Positions 48,394 through 58,671 of a DNA stretch of 64,000 bases are shown one piece after another. Location: contig NZ_MWQY01000007.1 in the NCBI RefSeq assembly GCF_002087085.1, positions 62,001 through 126,000 of the forward strand. Direction: 5' to 3'. Numbering within the stretch: the first letter of the stretch is position 1; every line of letters begins with the position of its first letter. The notes below the pieces were generated by a model. The model was not told the DNA's origin, made no database searches, and saw only the letters and a program-made list of their open reading frames with translations. A program made the position numbers and the translations under genes.

Positions 48394-50052
48394 TTATTTT
48401 GAGGTCATGACCGATTCCCCCTGCCAGTCTGCGGGGGGAGGGTTCCTGAAAAAATCTTCACTGCGCTTCCGGTACATTTTCGCCGGATAATCCCGGGGGA
48501 GCAGCTCCAGTACCCGCTCAAAGCGCTTTCCCGCTTCGGCGAAATCCCGCCGGATATACAGGTCCATGGCCGCGTGGTAGATCTCCCAGGCCTCTTTCTC
48601 CTTCTCGGACAGGGACTCCCGTACAGTGTAGATGCGTACGGCGGAACTTTTTCCCTTTACGATTACCCTGTCAATCAGCCTGCAGGGATAGCTTGACGCC
48701 ACCCGCTGCTGAACCGACTCGGAGACGATTATCGGCTCATGGTAAATCTTGGTAAGTCCTTCCAGCCGGGAGGCAAGGTTTACCATGTCACCGATGACGG
48801 TATAGTCCATCTTCTTTTCCGACCCGATGTTCCCCACCGTCACGACACCGTAATTTATGCCGATGCCGATCCTGAAGGGCGGCATGCCCAGACTGCGCTG
48901 CCGTCTGTTGAAGACCTCCAGGGAGGACAGCATCCCGAGCCCCGCCTCCACCGACAGAAGGGCATCGTTGTCACCCTTCACCGGGGCGCCGAAGAAGGCC
49001 ATGATGGCATCCCCGATATACTTGTCGACGATGCCGTTCTTTGCGAGGACTACATCCACCATCTTCTCAAAATAGCCGTTCAGGGACTCCACAAGCACAT
49101 CCGGAGACATATTCTCGGAAATCGTGGTAAAGGAACGGATGTCGGAAAAGAGCACCGCCATCACCCGGTTGTCCCCCTTCAGCATCGATTCCGGGGCCTC
49201 CTCGAACTGTTCAATCACATTATTGGGAACGTATTTCTGGAAAATATGGCGAATTCGTGTTTCCCGGTTTTTCGCCAGGACCATTTCGTAGGCGTACTTC
49301 TTTATCTGAGAGTAGGCTTTATCCAGCTCCCCCGTCATAAGGTTAAAGTAATGCCCCAGCTGGCCGGTCTCGTCCTGGTACTGGAGACTTACCTTTTTTG
49401 ACAGGTCCCCCGTGGAGATGATCTCCCGGATGACATCCACCATCGCATTCAGAGGGCGGGTAAGGATATTGGAGAATACAATCAGAAGGGCTGCTGCCGC
49501 AGCCAGGGAGAGAATCAGGATTATCGCCGTACGACGGTAAATCTGGCCCAGAGCGGCATAGAAGACCTCCTCCTTTTCCGTACTGAGAATGTACCAGTCA
49601 AAGGGGGCAAAGAATGCGGCCTGGCCTACATAGGATTCCCCTGCGAGACGCAGCCTCCGCCAGCCTTCCAGTTCCTTCGCAAAGCTTTCAGCCAGAGATT
49701 CCTGCTCCGCCGGAGAAAGCTCTATCTTCCGGGTAGCCAGTACGGGACTGCCCGTCCTGTCCACAGCAAGGATGAGCTCGGTATCGCTGCGGATTATGGT
49801 GCCCGCAAAGCTCGAGACGGCTTCTTTTGCCGCAGCAACGAACTCCGGATCAGAATCAAAGCCGTTGTTCATCAGCAGGTCCCACTGGCTGCGGGCATAG
49901 TTGAGAACGGTATCATTCTTAAAACGCAGGAACTCCGCGGCTATTATACTTATACCGTTGCGTGCCGATAATGAAGAGACGAGGACCGTCATTAAAAGAG
50001 GCGTCATCAACAGGGGCAGGACAATCAGAATGATCTTTCGCCGTATGGTCAT
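48394..50052 (-). CDS. Membrane-bound class III adenylate cyclase (2 TM, periplasmic domain, HAMP, C-terminal TPR-like segment)
   Basis: VLFSDIRSFT, VDKYIGDAIM, MDYTVIGDMVNLASRLE (Lys/Asp pair typical of ATP specificity). Confidence 0.94.
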   Translation of the reverse strand: MTIRRKIILIVLPLLMTPLLMTVLVSSLSARNGISIIAAEFLRFKNDTVLNYARSQWDLLMNNGFDSDPEFVAAAKEAVSSFAGTIIRSDTELILAVDRTGSPVLATRKIELSPAEQESLAESFAKELEGWRRLRLAGESYVGQAAFFAPFDWYILSTEKEEVFYAALGQIYRRTAIILILSLAAAAALLIVFSNILTRPLNAMVDVIREIISTGDLSKKVSLQYQDETGQLGHYFNLMTGELDKAYSQIKKYAYEMVLAKNRETRIRHIFQKYVPNNVIEQFEEAPESMLKGDNRVMAVLFSDIRSFTTISENMSPDVLVESLNGYFEKMVDVVLAKNGIVDKYIGDAIMAFFGAPVKGDNDALLSVEAGLGMLSSLEVFNRRQRSLGMPPFRIGIGINYGVVTVGNIGSEKKMDYTVIGDMVNLASRLEGLTKIYHEPIIVSESVQQRVASSYPCRLIDRVIVKGKSSAVRIYTVRESLSEKEKEAWEIYHAAMDLYIRRDFAEAGKRFERVLELLPRDYPAKMYRKRSEDFFRNPPPADWQGESVMTSK

Positions 50053-50124
50053 AGATACTTTTGAGTATAAACTCTATTTCCCGGGAGTCAACCTGTGTAA
50101 TGCCGGCAGCCGGAGCCGTTTATA

Positions 50125-52140
50125 ATGGGAAGCCTTCTTTCACGGGCCCGGATGCTCCGGGAGAGACCCCTCCATCCTTCTCAAGGTCTTCTGAGGAAGG
50201 CCCGAAGCCTCCAGGAACGAATCACCGGAAGACCTTCCGCAGATATTGAATCCCTCGACCCGCGGCGGACAAAAGAGCAGGAAATCATGGCGGAGATGGA
50301 CTCCATCCTGGAACAGAACCGTCTTGCCATAACCGATGAGACCCTGAAGTTCTCTGCCCTCTCCTCGGGCGCCCGTTTCCCTGTCATACTGAACCTGACC
50401 GCCGCAGTCCTGATGCTTGTCGTCGGAACAGGCCTCTTTTTCCTCTTCAACCGGGGAGAGGCATCACAGGTCGACCCTGCCGGGCGAATCAGTTCCGCGG
50501 AAAGCAGGATAATTTCCGCCGTGAGGGAGGAATCCCGCCAGGAACTGGCCCGCAAGGAAGAAGAGATCAATTCCATAAACCGGCAGCTCCGGCAAGCCCA
50601 GGAGGCCAGGGTCGCCCTGATCGCCGAAACAGAAAACGAGCTGTTGCGCAGGGAGGCCCAGCTGAAGGAAGAGATGTCCCGGGAACTCGAGGCGGAGCGC
50701 CGGCGCCTTCTGGCAGCCGGACTCGACCAAGTCGACCTCGATGAACAGCTCTCCCGCTACCGGGAGCAGCAGCAGGGGGAATACGAGGAACAGCTCGCCG
50801 CGGTAAACGCCGAACTCGAAGCCCGCCTGGAAGAACGCTCCGCGGAACTGAACCAGCAGATGGAGGAGTACCGGCAGGCCCTGAGCAGCGCCAGAACAGA
50901 ACAGGAAAGTATCCAGGAAAGGCTTGCCACGGCCAGGGATGAGGCTGCCCGGGCTGTTCAAGAGGCCGGGGCCGACCGGAGTGCCGCCCTGAACAGGCTG
51001 GAGACCCTCAATCGGCAGCAGGGTCAGAAAACTCTCGTGGAGGAGCATCTTCTGTCCATGTATGACGGCGTCAATACACAGCTGCAGCGGGGAGAATACC
51101 GGGAAGCCTCTCTGCAGCTCGATCGGATAGAGGAATTTATCAACAGTAGCGCCGCCGAAACCATAATGGTTCTGAATAACAGAATGGAAGTCGAACAGTT
51201 TCTTCTAGGCTCCCTGCGCCGCCTTATTGCCGTTGAAGCCGGCACAGGCGGGGAGCTTCCACGCTTCGGCCCTCTGCTGGCATCCGTCTCCGCCAGGGTT
51301 GAAGAAGGCAACCGTCTCTTCAGTGAAGGAAATCTGGAAGAGGCCGGGAAGGCCTATACTGAAGCCCTGAACACAATACCGGAGATTGAAACCGGCTATG
51401 CCCGTCTTCAGGAGATAGAGGAAGGTCAGCTGGCCCGGGAGCGCAGTCTTCTCGAAGAACGCCTTGCAGAAGGGGACAGGCTCTACCGGGAAGCCAGGTA
51501 CCAGGCTTCCGTGGACCGCTACCGGGAAGCCCTGGGAATTCTGGAAAGGCAGGCGCCGCCCCTGGATCAGCTGGTTACCCATCTGATGGACGCGGGCTAT
51601 CATTTACGCAGTGAAAACGAGGCACAGCCGGAACCGGTAATCATTACCAGGGTCATCAGGGAAGAGATCCCCGCAGAAGATACCGCACGTATCGAGAAAG
51701 CCAGGGCTGAGGAGGAAAGACGCCGGCTGCTCCTGGAACAGCTTGACCTGCTCCGCTCAAGATATGCAGAGGGCTCCTCGACGCAAGAGTCAAAAGCTTC
51801 CCGGCAAGCCCTCATTACTCTGTTGAACACCAAGCTGCTTATCCGGCAGGCCCTGGCCAGCGAAGAGGTCCGCAGGCAGTATCCCGATCTCTACAGGAAC
51901 GCTGATGAAGTTCTTGATATGTATGGCGTGGAACAGCGCCGGGAAGGTAAAACCGAAGCCCTCCGGGATGTCGTGGCCATTACCGATTACCTGGAGAACA
52001 ATCCTTCCAGTTCCCCCCCCACGGCCACCGCGGAAAGTGCCCGCCAGCGGGAGCTTCTGCTGCAGTTTCTGGAGAACCTGAAAGAGCTGCTGGGAGAAAA
52101 ACCGACAAAAAACCCCGATTATTCCTCTCCAGAAATGTAG
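50125..52140 (+). CDS. Single-TM protein with long coiled coil and TPR-like repeats
   Basis: TM segment VILNLTAAVLMLVVGTGLFFLF; E/R/Q-rich heptads; EEGNRLF/AEGDRLY TPR-like segments. Confidence 0.82.
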   Translation: MGSLLSRARMLRERPLHPSQGLLRKARSLQERITGRPSADIESLDPRRTKEQEIMAEMDSILEQNRLAITDETLKFSALSSGARFPVILNLTAAVLMLVVGTGLFFLFNRGEASQVDPAGRISSAESRIISAVREESRQELARKEEEINSINRQLRQAQEARVALIAETENELLRREAQLKEEMSRELEAERRRLLAAGLDQVDLDEQLSRYREQQQGEYEEQLAAVNAELEARLEERSAELNQQMEEYRQALSSARTEQESIQERLATARDEAARAVQEAGADRSAALNRLETLNRQQGQKTLVEEHLLSMYDGVNTQLQRGEYREASLQLDRIEEFINSSAAETIMVLNNRMEVEQFLLGSLRRLIAVEAGTGGELPRFGPLLASVSARVEEGNRLFSEGNLEEAGKAYTEALNTIPEIETGYARLQEIEEGQLARERSLLEERLAEGDRLYREARYQASVDRYREALGILERQAPPLDQLVTHLMDAGYHLRSENEAQPEPVIITRVIREEIPAEDTARIEKARAEEERRRLLLEQLDLLRSRYAEGSSTQESKASRQALITLLNTKLLIRQALASEEVRRQYPDLYRNADEVLDMYGVEQRREGKTEALRDVVAITDYLENNPSSSPPTATAESARQRELLLQFLENLKELLGEKPTKNPDYSSPEM

Positions 52141-55100
52141 ATAGTATAGGGTATCTCATAGGCTGGATTCCCATATACAATATACTCGTATGACTCAATC
52201 CCGACATATGCTGTCTCCGGAGGTATCCATCCAGTAACACTGAGACTCCCGATATCCGGCTCACGATCTGCAACATTATCCGCGCTGATGAAATCACTCT
52301 TAAAATCATCCCAGAGGTGCAGTGCGCCAGCATCATCACCTGTTGACCATACAGCGTATGAACTTATAGTGCTGATCCCGGGCTCCAGATCGAAGGAGAA
52401 GGTATCGTATTTGTCATTCAGGGCGGAATCATCGAGCCATCCCCGCACAACCAGGGTCTGTCCGACTTCAAGACTGCCGATATACTGGGTATTAGGAATT
52501 GGCGTGCCCGAAGGGTTCGGGCTTGGACCTGAACCATCATTAGAAAGGCCTGAATGATCGGCCCCTTCGGAATCAACGAAATACAACTCCACTGCCGAAG
52601 ATATATATTTGTTGTTCAAAAGGATATGATCATCCGAAGCGCTTATACGCACAAGGATGTAACAGCGACCGTACGCCGGCCAGCTGCTTATATCCAGATC
52701 CTCCGCATGAATGGAAAAACTATCTCCTGCATCCAGGGGACTCTCAGAACCGGAACCGATCTCCAGATCATCATCGCTGAAGCCCGTATCGAAGCTCAAA
52801 AAGACCTCCCAGAAGATGTTTTTTCTTCCATCTCCGCTCCCGCTGTTCTCTAGTATAAATCCGCCGGTAACTGAAGTGCCTGCCTCTGCCTCAAGGGGAA
52901 AGGTTACGGACTGAATCTCGTAATCAGGAGGATCGCTGACGGTAAACCTGCCGGCGGATACGGCGTAATCATCGGGATTAATCTCGTCAGGGGCCTGTAC
53001 TTCTATAATCAGGTAGTACTCCCCTGGCGTCGCGGGCCAGACAGCCCCCAGAGTCGGAATATTGGACAAGGTCTGCCCGCCGTTCAAAGGCCCCACCGTT
53101 CCGCTTCCGATCTCCTCCCCCGCATCAGGGACCGCGTTATAGGAAGCATAAGCGGTCCAGGTCACATTTTCCGAGCCGTTGGTTCCGATATTGGCAATAC
53201 TGAAACTCTCCTCCACAGGACTGCCGCCGGTCACATACGGGGCATACATGCTTATGTCGCTGACCGTGTAATCGGGATCGCTTGCCCCGGGGTCCGTGAC
53301 ATTGTACGTACTGCTGCTGGCCCGAATGTTGTTGCTGGTATTGACCTCGTCCGCCGCCTGCAGGCGCACCAGGATATACCAGTTACCCGCAGCCGGCCAG
53401 GATCCCTCGTTAATCGGAATGGAAGCGGAGCTTGCTTCGGATCCCAGGGCGGAAAAACTGCCGCTGTCCACCAGGATGTCCCCGGCATTGTACACCTGGT
53501 CAGCGGAGATATAGGCGGACCATTCCACCGGAGAGCTGCCGGCGTCGGTCCCCTGATTTCTGGCGGTGAAACTGGCCGACACCGTATCTCCCACCTGGGC
53601 ACTGCCCCCGGACGGCGCCAGGGACACATAATAATCCACATCGGATCCGGCACTGACCGGCTGCACGCTGAAAGCAGCGCTGACAAACCACTCGTTCGGC
53701 GTAACTTCATCATCCGACCACTCCCGGACCTTCAGGTACCAGGTTCCGGCCGTCGCAGGCCAGAAGCCCGCCAGGGAAACAACAGCGCTGTCCCCTCCGG
53801 CAAGTGCTGACTCGCTGTCGGAATCGATTATACGATCTCCGCCGCTCAAACCGGGACTGTTGTCCTGGGATACCCAGGCGGCCCAGTTTACGCTGGTCCC
53901 GCCGTCGTCAAGGCCGTCGTTCAGCAGGGTAAAGCTTTCGCCCATGGCTGAACCCGCATCCGGTGTCGGGTCGACGGCGGTAAAACTGTCCACAATATAT
54001 TCTATGTCCCCCGCCGGGGGAGGAGGAAACTCGCTGACGATAATCGTCGCCTGGTCACTCCAGCCGTAGGCATTGTCAGTTACCTCCAGCACATCCGTTC
54101 CGGCGGAGTTTCCGGCGGTATAGCTGTCCCCCGTCATGGAAGGCGAGCCCGAATCCGACTGGCTGAAGGAGTAGGAATAGGTCCCTCCGCCCCTGCCGCC
54201 GCTTATTTCAAAATCGACACTCTGCCCCACATACACCGATGCCACCGCCGGGCTGATCGACAGGGGAGCAACTATTTCCGTACTCCCTGCCGACCGGTTC
54301 CGGTTGTCCCCGGTCTCCAGGTCGTCGGCGGCATATACCTCTACCAGCAGGTAATAATCTCCCGGTTCCGAAGGCCATGTGCCGCCGGTGCCGTCGGATA
54401 ACCGGACCGTGCTCCCGGGGCCGGTGGGCAGCCCTCCGGAGATCGATCCGGAGGCGACGATCCGGTCGTCGGCACCCCCAATGGAAGTGTCCGTACTGGC
54501 GTAGACCGTCCAGTTGATGTCCCTGGAACCATCAGCGGTCCCATGGTTTATTATCGTGAACTCCGCGTCGAAAGAGCTGCCGGTGAGTATATCCACGGAA
54601 ACGATGTTAAGAATTTCCCCTGCCTCGTAATCAACACTCGTCGCGGAATCAACCACCGTTACCGTCGCTGGCCGGGTCCTGCCGTCGTAGCCGTCGGTCA
54701 GGGTTACCGTATCGGTGCCCGGAGTCGGGCCCGCGGTATAGACGTTACCCGCAAGGGATCCGCCGCTCTGATTATGTGCGGGTACCATGAATGCAAAGCT
54801 GAAGGCCCCGTCCCCGCCGACGGCATTGAATGTAATCGACTGGTTCACATAGACCGTAATAATCTCCGGGCTTATGGAGAGGGGTTTGGCCTGAACAGAG
54901 ATCGTCGCCGTGGCGGAATCCCCCAGACTGTCGGTAACCGTGATTATGTCGGTCACCATATTTGACCCGTCGGATGGCCCTGCGGCGTAAGAATATGACG
55001 ATACTCCGCTGGCCGGGGCACTGGGAGAAAAGGATCCGTTGCTGGTGACTTCGAAACTGAATGGTCCGGTTCCCCCGACGGGAGAGAAATTTATTCCGTC

Positions 55101-55493
55101 GCCGGTATAGACGGTCTGACTTGCAGGGCTGATTCCCAGCGCCAGGCCGGGATTGTTAATGGTAAACTCCCCGTACACGCTGGTGCCGGCCTGATCCCTG
55201 ACCCTGATTACCGTCAAGCCCGGACTCGCGGGGGCCGAGAAGACATTGCCGGTAAATCCGCCGTCTCCGGATACCAGTCCGTAGCTGTAGGGAGGGATTC
55301 CTCCGGAGGTATCCACAGGAAGGCTGTCCCCGATCTGCAGCACCGCCGAGGTGGGAGAAATGCTCAGGGCCTTCCCGTCGGGACCGTCCACCAGCTCTTC
55401 CAGGCTAAAGGGTTCCTGGCAGGAGATCAACAGGAGTGTTAAAGACAGTAATAGAGTGATGTTATAGACGATCCTCGTACGAAAAAACAACAT
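52119..55493 (-). CDS. Large surface lipoprotein with Ig-like and CARDB-like repeats
   Basis: Lipobox LLISC; four L[SG]ISP..GG repeats; five [DE]Y..F.[ILA].N.G..W....S..WP repeats. Confidence 0.85.
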   Translation of the reverse strand: MLFFRTRIVYNITLLLSLTLLLISCQEPFSLEELVDGPDGKALSISPTSAVLQIGDSLPVDTSGGIPPYSYGLVSGDGGFTGNVFSAPASPGLTVIRVRDQAGTSVYGEFTINNPGLALGISPASQTVYTGDGINFSPVGGTGPFSFEVTSNGSFSPSAPASGVSSYSYAAGPSDGSNMVTDIITVTDSLGDSATATISVQAKPLSISPEIITVYVNQSITFNAVGGDGAFSFAFMVPAHNQSGGSLAGNVYTAGPTPGTDTVTLTDGYDGRTRPATVTVVDSATSVDYEAGEILNIVSVDILTGSSFDAEFTIINHGTADGSRDINWTVYASTDTSIGGADDRIVASGSISGGLPTGPGSTVRLSDGTGGTWPSEPGDYYLLVEVYAADDLETGDNRNRSAGSTEIVAPLSISPAVASVYVGQSVDFEISGGRGGGTYSYSFSQSDSGSPSMTGDSYTAGNSAGTDVLEVTDNAYGWSDQATIIVSEFPPPPAGDIEYIVDSFTAVDPTPDAGSAMGESFTLLNDGLDDGGTSVNWAAWVSQDNSPGLSGGDRIIDSDSESALAGGDSAVVSLAGFWPATAGTWYLKVREWSDDEVTPNEWFVSAAFSVQPVSAGSDVDYYVSLAPSGGSAQVGDTVSASFTARNQGTDAGSSPVEWSAYISADQVYNAGDILVDSGSFSALGSEASSASIPINEGSWPAAGNWYILVRLQAADEVNTSNNIRASSSTYNVTDPGASDPDYTVSDISMYAPYVTGGSPVEESFSIANIGTNGSENVTWTAYASYNAVPDAGEEIGSGTVGPLNGGQTLSNIPTLGAVWPATPGEYYLIIEVQAPDEINPDDYAVSAGRFTVSDPPDYEIQSVTFPLEAEAGTSVTGGFILENSGSGDGRKNIFWEVFLSFDTGFSDDDLEIGSGSESPLDAGDSFSIHAEDLDISSWPAYGRCYILVRISASDDHILLNNKYISSAVELYFVDSEGADHSGLSNDGSGPSPNPSGTPIPNTQYIGSLEVGQTLVVRGWLDDSALNDKYDTFSFDLEPGISTISSYAVWSTGDDAGALHLWDDFKSDFISADNVADREPDIGSLSVTGWIPPETAYVGIESYEYIVYGNPAYEIPYTIYISGEE

Positions 55494-55563
55494 ACCGGCA
55501 CTCCAAAAACCTTCTTATCAAGTATCGATTACCATTATTAATATTTCAAGAGATGTCCTGATT

Positions 55564-56046
55564 CTAATTTCCTACAGAATACGGGCCACTGTTGTTTTTA
55601 TTGTTCGAGGTGTCATAATCGCTATAGTTTATCTCTACAATCACGTAATAGCCGGCTGCAGACACCGGCCAGTTACCGGAAAAACTAACCGTAGCAGGAA
55701 CATCCGTCAGCAGAGCCTCTCCTTGAGTTAAAAGAACCGGGTTATTCAGATTGTTCTTCGAAGTATAAACGGCCCACTGTATATCGAAGGAACCTTCGCT
55801 TAAACCGTTTTTTCCCAGGTTGAAGGTTCCCGTAATCTCACCGCCAGCTATATTTGGATCGGACGTCACAACCGGAGACATGACGTAATAGTCAAAAAAG
55901 GCCTCTTCCGCAGTTATCTCATCCCCTTCAAGGTTTCCGTCAACCACAGTCTCCAGGAAAAAAGGCTCCTGACAGGATAATACGATGAGACATAACAGAA
56001 GGACCTGCACTATCCGTGCCGGTAAGCCGTAGGCTTGCGGCCACAT
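55564..56046 (-). CDS. Small lipoprotein with one CARDB-like domain
   Basis: IVLSCQEPF; QWAVYTS..NWP..GYYVIVEI. Confidence 0.75.
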   Translation of the reverse strand: MWPQAYGLPARIVQVLLLCLIVLSCQEPFFLETVVDGNLEGDEITAEEAFFDYYVMSPVVTSDPNIAGGEITGTFNLGKNGLSEGSFDIQWAVYTSKNNLNNPVLLTQGEALLTDVPATVSFSGNWPVSAAGYYVIVEINYSDYDTSNNKNNSGPYSVGN

Positions 56047-56073
56047 ATACTTACTCCCCTGCTGCGTGAGCAG

Positions 56074-57147
56074 CTAGAAATTTATCCCGATCCTCGGCAT
56101 AAATCCGTACAGAAGCGCTCCGTTTTCGTAAAAAAGTGCAATATCCGCGGCGGCGGTCAGCACCAGCTTCCCCAGGGCAAAATCCATGGTCATTCCTGCT
56201 TCAGCAGAGGGTACCAGCTTGGTCTCGCTGTCTCCGCCTTCCGGCGTCACCACAAACAACGCTCCCCCCGCGGCTGCCCTGAGGCCCGGTACGGCAGGGC
56301 CGCCTGCATCAAACTTCAGTCGCAGTTCAGGACCCGATGTAACAATGAAACCCTGCGCCTCGGTGGCGAAGCCTTCGGCCTGGAAAAACATGGCCCCCAG
56401 GTTCAGTCCGCAAAAGAGTCCCGGTTTAAAACGATAGCCTCCGAAGAAAGAGGGAGCAAAGCCGGTCTTCATGTAGCGGCCGGCCTCTCCCGCGGCAAGA
56501 AAAAGTCCCATATCGGCGGAAAAAAGAAAGTCTTTTGTCTTCGCCGCCTGTTCTGAAACATCCACGGCGGCCTTTTCAGCCTCCGGCGGAGTCGTTCCCT
56601 GCTCCTTCGCAGCTGCTGTATCCTCAGTTTCCCTTTCTGCTTCCACAGGTCCGCCTTCCGCCGGAACAGCTTCTTCGAGGTTTTCAGGGGAAACCGTCGC
56701 CGCGAAAAAGTCCGGATTCTCGTCCAGAAAAGCGCTGATCGATTCGGTCAGTTCCCGGGCATAGCCCAGAAGAACCGAATCAAGGGCAAAACGGAGCTCC
56801 TCCCTGGCCTCGACGGAGAACAGGTTTATATTCTTCCCCGGTACTCCGGCTTCCAGTTTGAAATTGATTGAATCGCCGATAATATCATAATCGCCGCGGA
56901 TCAGGATATCCGGGTCTGGAAGGCTTGAATCCTCAAGCGTGAATCCCGCAAGTCCGAGTTCGAGTTCAAGACTCTCCAGAAAAAGACTGCTCAGATCCTC
57001 ACCGCCTGTATCTGTGTCTCCGGTAATTGCGGCGCTTATTTTTACAGGCGGGGCTTCATTCCCTGTCTGGGCGTTCAGGGATGTCCAGGCGGGACCTGGA
57101 GCCAGAACAAGTAGTACAGTAAGCAGCACACGGCCGAATCCGGACAT
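56074..57147 (-). CDS. Putative outer-membrane protein (periplasmic domain, acidic linker, C-terminal beta-barrel)
   Basis: Signal peptide; about eight amphipathic strands; C-terminal PRIGINF. Confidence 0.72.
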   Translation of the reverse strand: MSGFGRVLLTVLLVLAPGPAWTSLNAQTGNEAPPVKISAAITGDTDTGGEDLSSLFLESLELELGLAGFTLEDSSLPDPDILIRGDYDIIGDSINFKLEAGVPGKNINLFSVEAREELRFALDSVLLGYARELTESISAFLDENPDFFAATVSPENLEEAVPAEGGPVEAERETEDTAAAKEQGTTPPEAEKAAVDVSEQAAKTKDFLFSADMGLFLAAGEAGRYMKTGFAPSFFGGYRFKPGLFCGLNLGAMFFQAEGFATEAQGFIVTSGPELRLKFDAGGPAVPGLRAAAGGALFVVTPEGGDSETKLVPSAEAGMTMDFALGKLVLTAAADIALFYENGALLYGFMPRIGINF

Positions 57148-57195
57148 AGGCACAGTATATATCATATCGTGGTAATCTACAAACTGAACCTTCGA

Positions 57196-57618
57196 CTATC
57201 TTTCCTCCCCTTCATTTCCGGTCTGTTCAGGGACTCCCCGGGCTACTGATTCAGCCGCAGGAATATCCGCCTCCGCCAGCCGGAAGCTGAGAAGATCATC
57301 CACCGTAACCCAGGCAAGCTCATGATGCTCCCTCGGATGGGGCTCTCCCCTGATAATTTCGGCTTCATAGACGGCGAGTTCGATGGAGATATCCGGATAG
57401 GAGAACGGGAAAAGCCCCAGCTTCTCCCCAATCCGGGCCTCGATCCCCAGCTCCTCCTGAAGCTCCCGGGACAGACAGCTCCGGTCGTCCTCTCCGTCCT
57501 CCACCTTCCCTCCGGGGAATTCCCATAAAAGCGGACGGGATTGCTGTTCAGAACGCCTCGCAAGGAGGATATATTCACCCCGGCGGAGGACCGCGGCCGT
57601 TACACGAACGTGTTTCAT
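57196..57618 (-). CDS. MutT/NudG family Nudix hydrolase
   Basis: WEFPGGKVEDGEDDRSCLSRELQEELG. Confidence 0.94.
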   Translation of the reverse strand: MKHVRVTAAVLRRGEYILLARRSEQQSRPLLWEFPGGKVEDGEDDRSCLSRELQEELGIEARIGEKLGLFPFSYPDISIELAVYEAEIIRGEPHPREHHELAWVTVDDLLSFRLAEADIPAAESVARGVPEQTGNEGEER

Positions 57619-57696
57619 CCGGCCAAGGGTAATCCTTTCATACTGCTTTGTTCAAGCTTGAAGCGGACTGCTCCAGCTGATATGGTGTTCTCTATT

Positions 57697-58671
57697 ATGC
57701 GGCAGATGCTTTTTTCTCTCGGAATCATTATTGCGGGAATGTCCATCGGATACGCCCTTCAGCGTCTTGTGCGGGCGGGAATCATCAAAGCCGATCCGTC
57801 CCTTGGAAGGGCACGAAAATACCTGCAGCGGATCTCCCTGCTCCTGTTTTTACCCCTGGCGAATATGGGGGCAATCTGGATCTTCCAGATCGATACCCTG
57901 CGGCTGCTGTTCCTTCCCCTGCTGGGGTTTCTGGCCATTGTCGCCGGTGCGGCGGCCTCCCTGGGGATCGGCAGGTTCCTGAACTACGATCCGGAGCGGA
58001 GGGGGGCCCTCTTTTCCACGGGAACCATGTCGAACCTGGGCTCCGTCGGCACCCTGGTGGTATTCATTACCCTCGGCGAAGCGGGTTACGCGATGGTCCC
58101 TTTCTATCGTCTTTTTGAACTCTTCAGCTATTACGGAATCTGTTTCCCCATCGCCAGGAGTTTTTCTCCCCAGAGGGCTTCGGCAGCCGGCCGCGGCCGC
58201 ATTCTTACCCTCTTTGCCGACCCTTTTGTCCTGGTAACCCTCTTGAGCCTGGGCACCGGACTCATCCTCAATCTGGCCGGGGTAGAACGGCCCTCTTTTT
58301 ACGGCCCCCTGAATTCCGTCCTGGTACCGCTGGCGAGCCTCTTCCTGCTTATGTCCATCGGTATGGCCATGCGTTTCGGTAAAATCGGGAGCTACCTGCG
58401 CGAGGCCTTTGTCGTGGCGGGGATAAAATACCTGATAATTCCTGTTGCGGTTGCGGGAAGTGCGGCCCTTCTCGGCTACGGTTCCATCTACGGCGGACTG
58501 CCCCTAAAGGTGGTACTCATAATGTCCTCCATGCCGGTGGGCTTTATCGCCATGGTGCCACCGTCCATCTATAAACTCGATGTTGATCTGGCCAACGCAG
58601 CGTGGCTTGTAACTACCCTGCTCCTTGCCCTGGTTATTCCGCTGCAGATGTTTCTTGTTCGAATGATCTAG
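57697..58671 (+). CDS. AEC family membrane transporter
   Basis: About 10 TM segments; SNLGSVG, IKYLIIP, MSSMP. Confidence 0.82.
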   Translation: MRQMLFSLGIIIAGMSIGYALQRLVRAGIIKADPSLGRARKYLQRISLLLFLPLANMGAIWIFQIDTLRLLFLPLLGFLAIVAGAAASLGIGRFLNYDPERRGALFSTGTMSNLGSVGTLVVFITLGEAGYAMVPFYRLFELFSYYGICFPIARSFSPQRASAAGRGRILTLFADPFVLVTLLSLGTGLILNLAGVERPSFYGPLNSVLVPLASLFLLMSIGMAMRFGKIGSYLREAFVVAGIKYLIIPVAVAGSAALLGYGSIYGGLPLKVVLIMSSMPVGFIAMVPPSIYKLDVDLANAAWLVTTLLLALVIPLQMFLVRMI

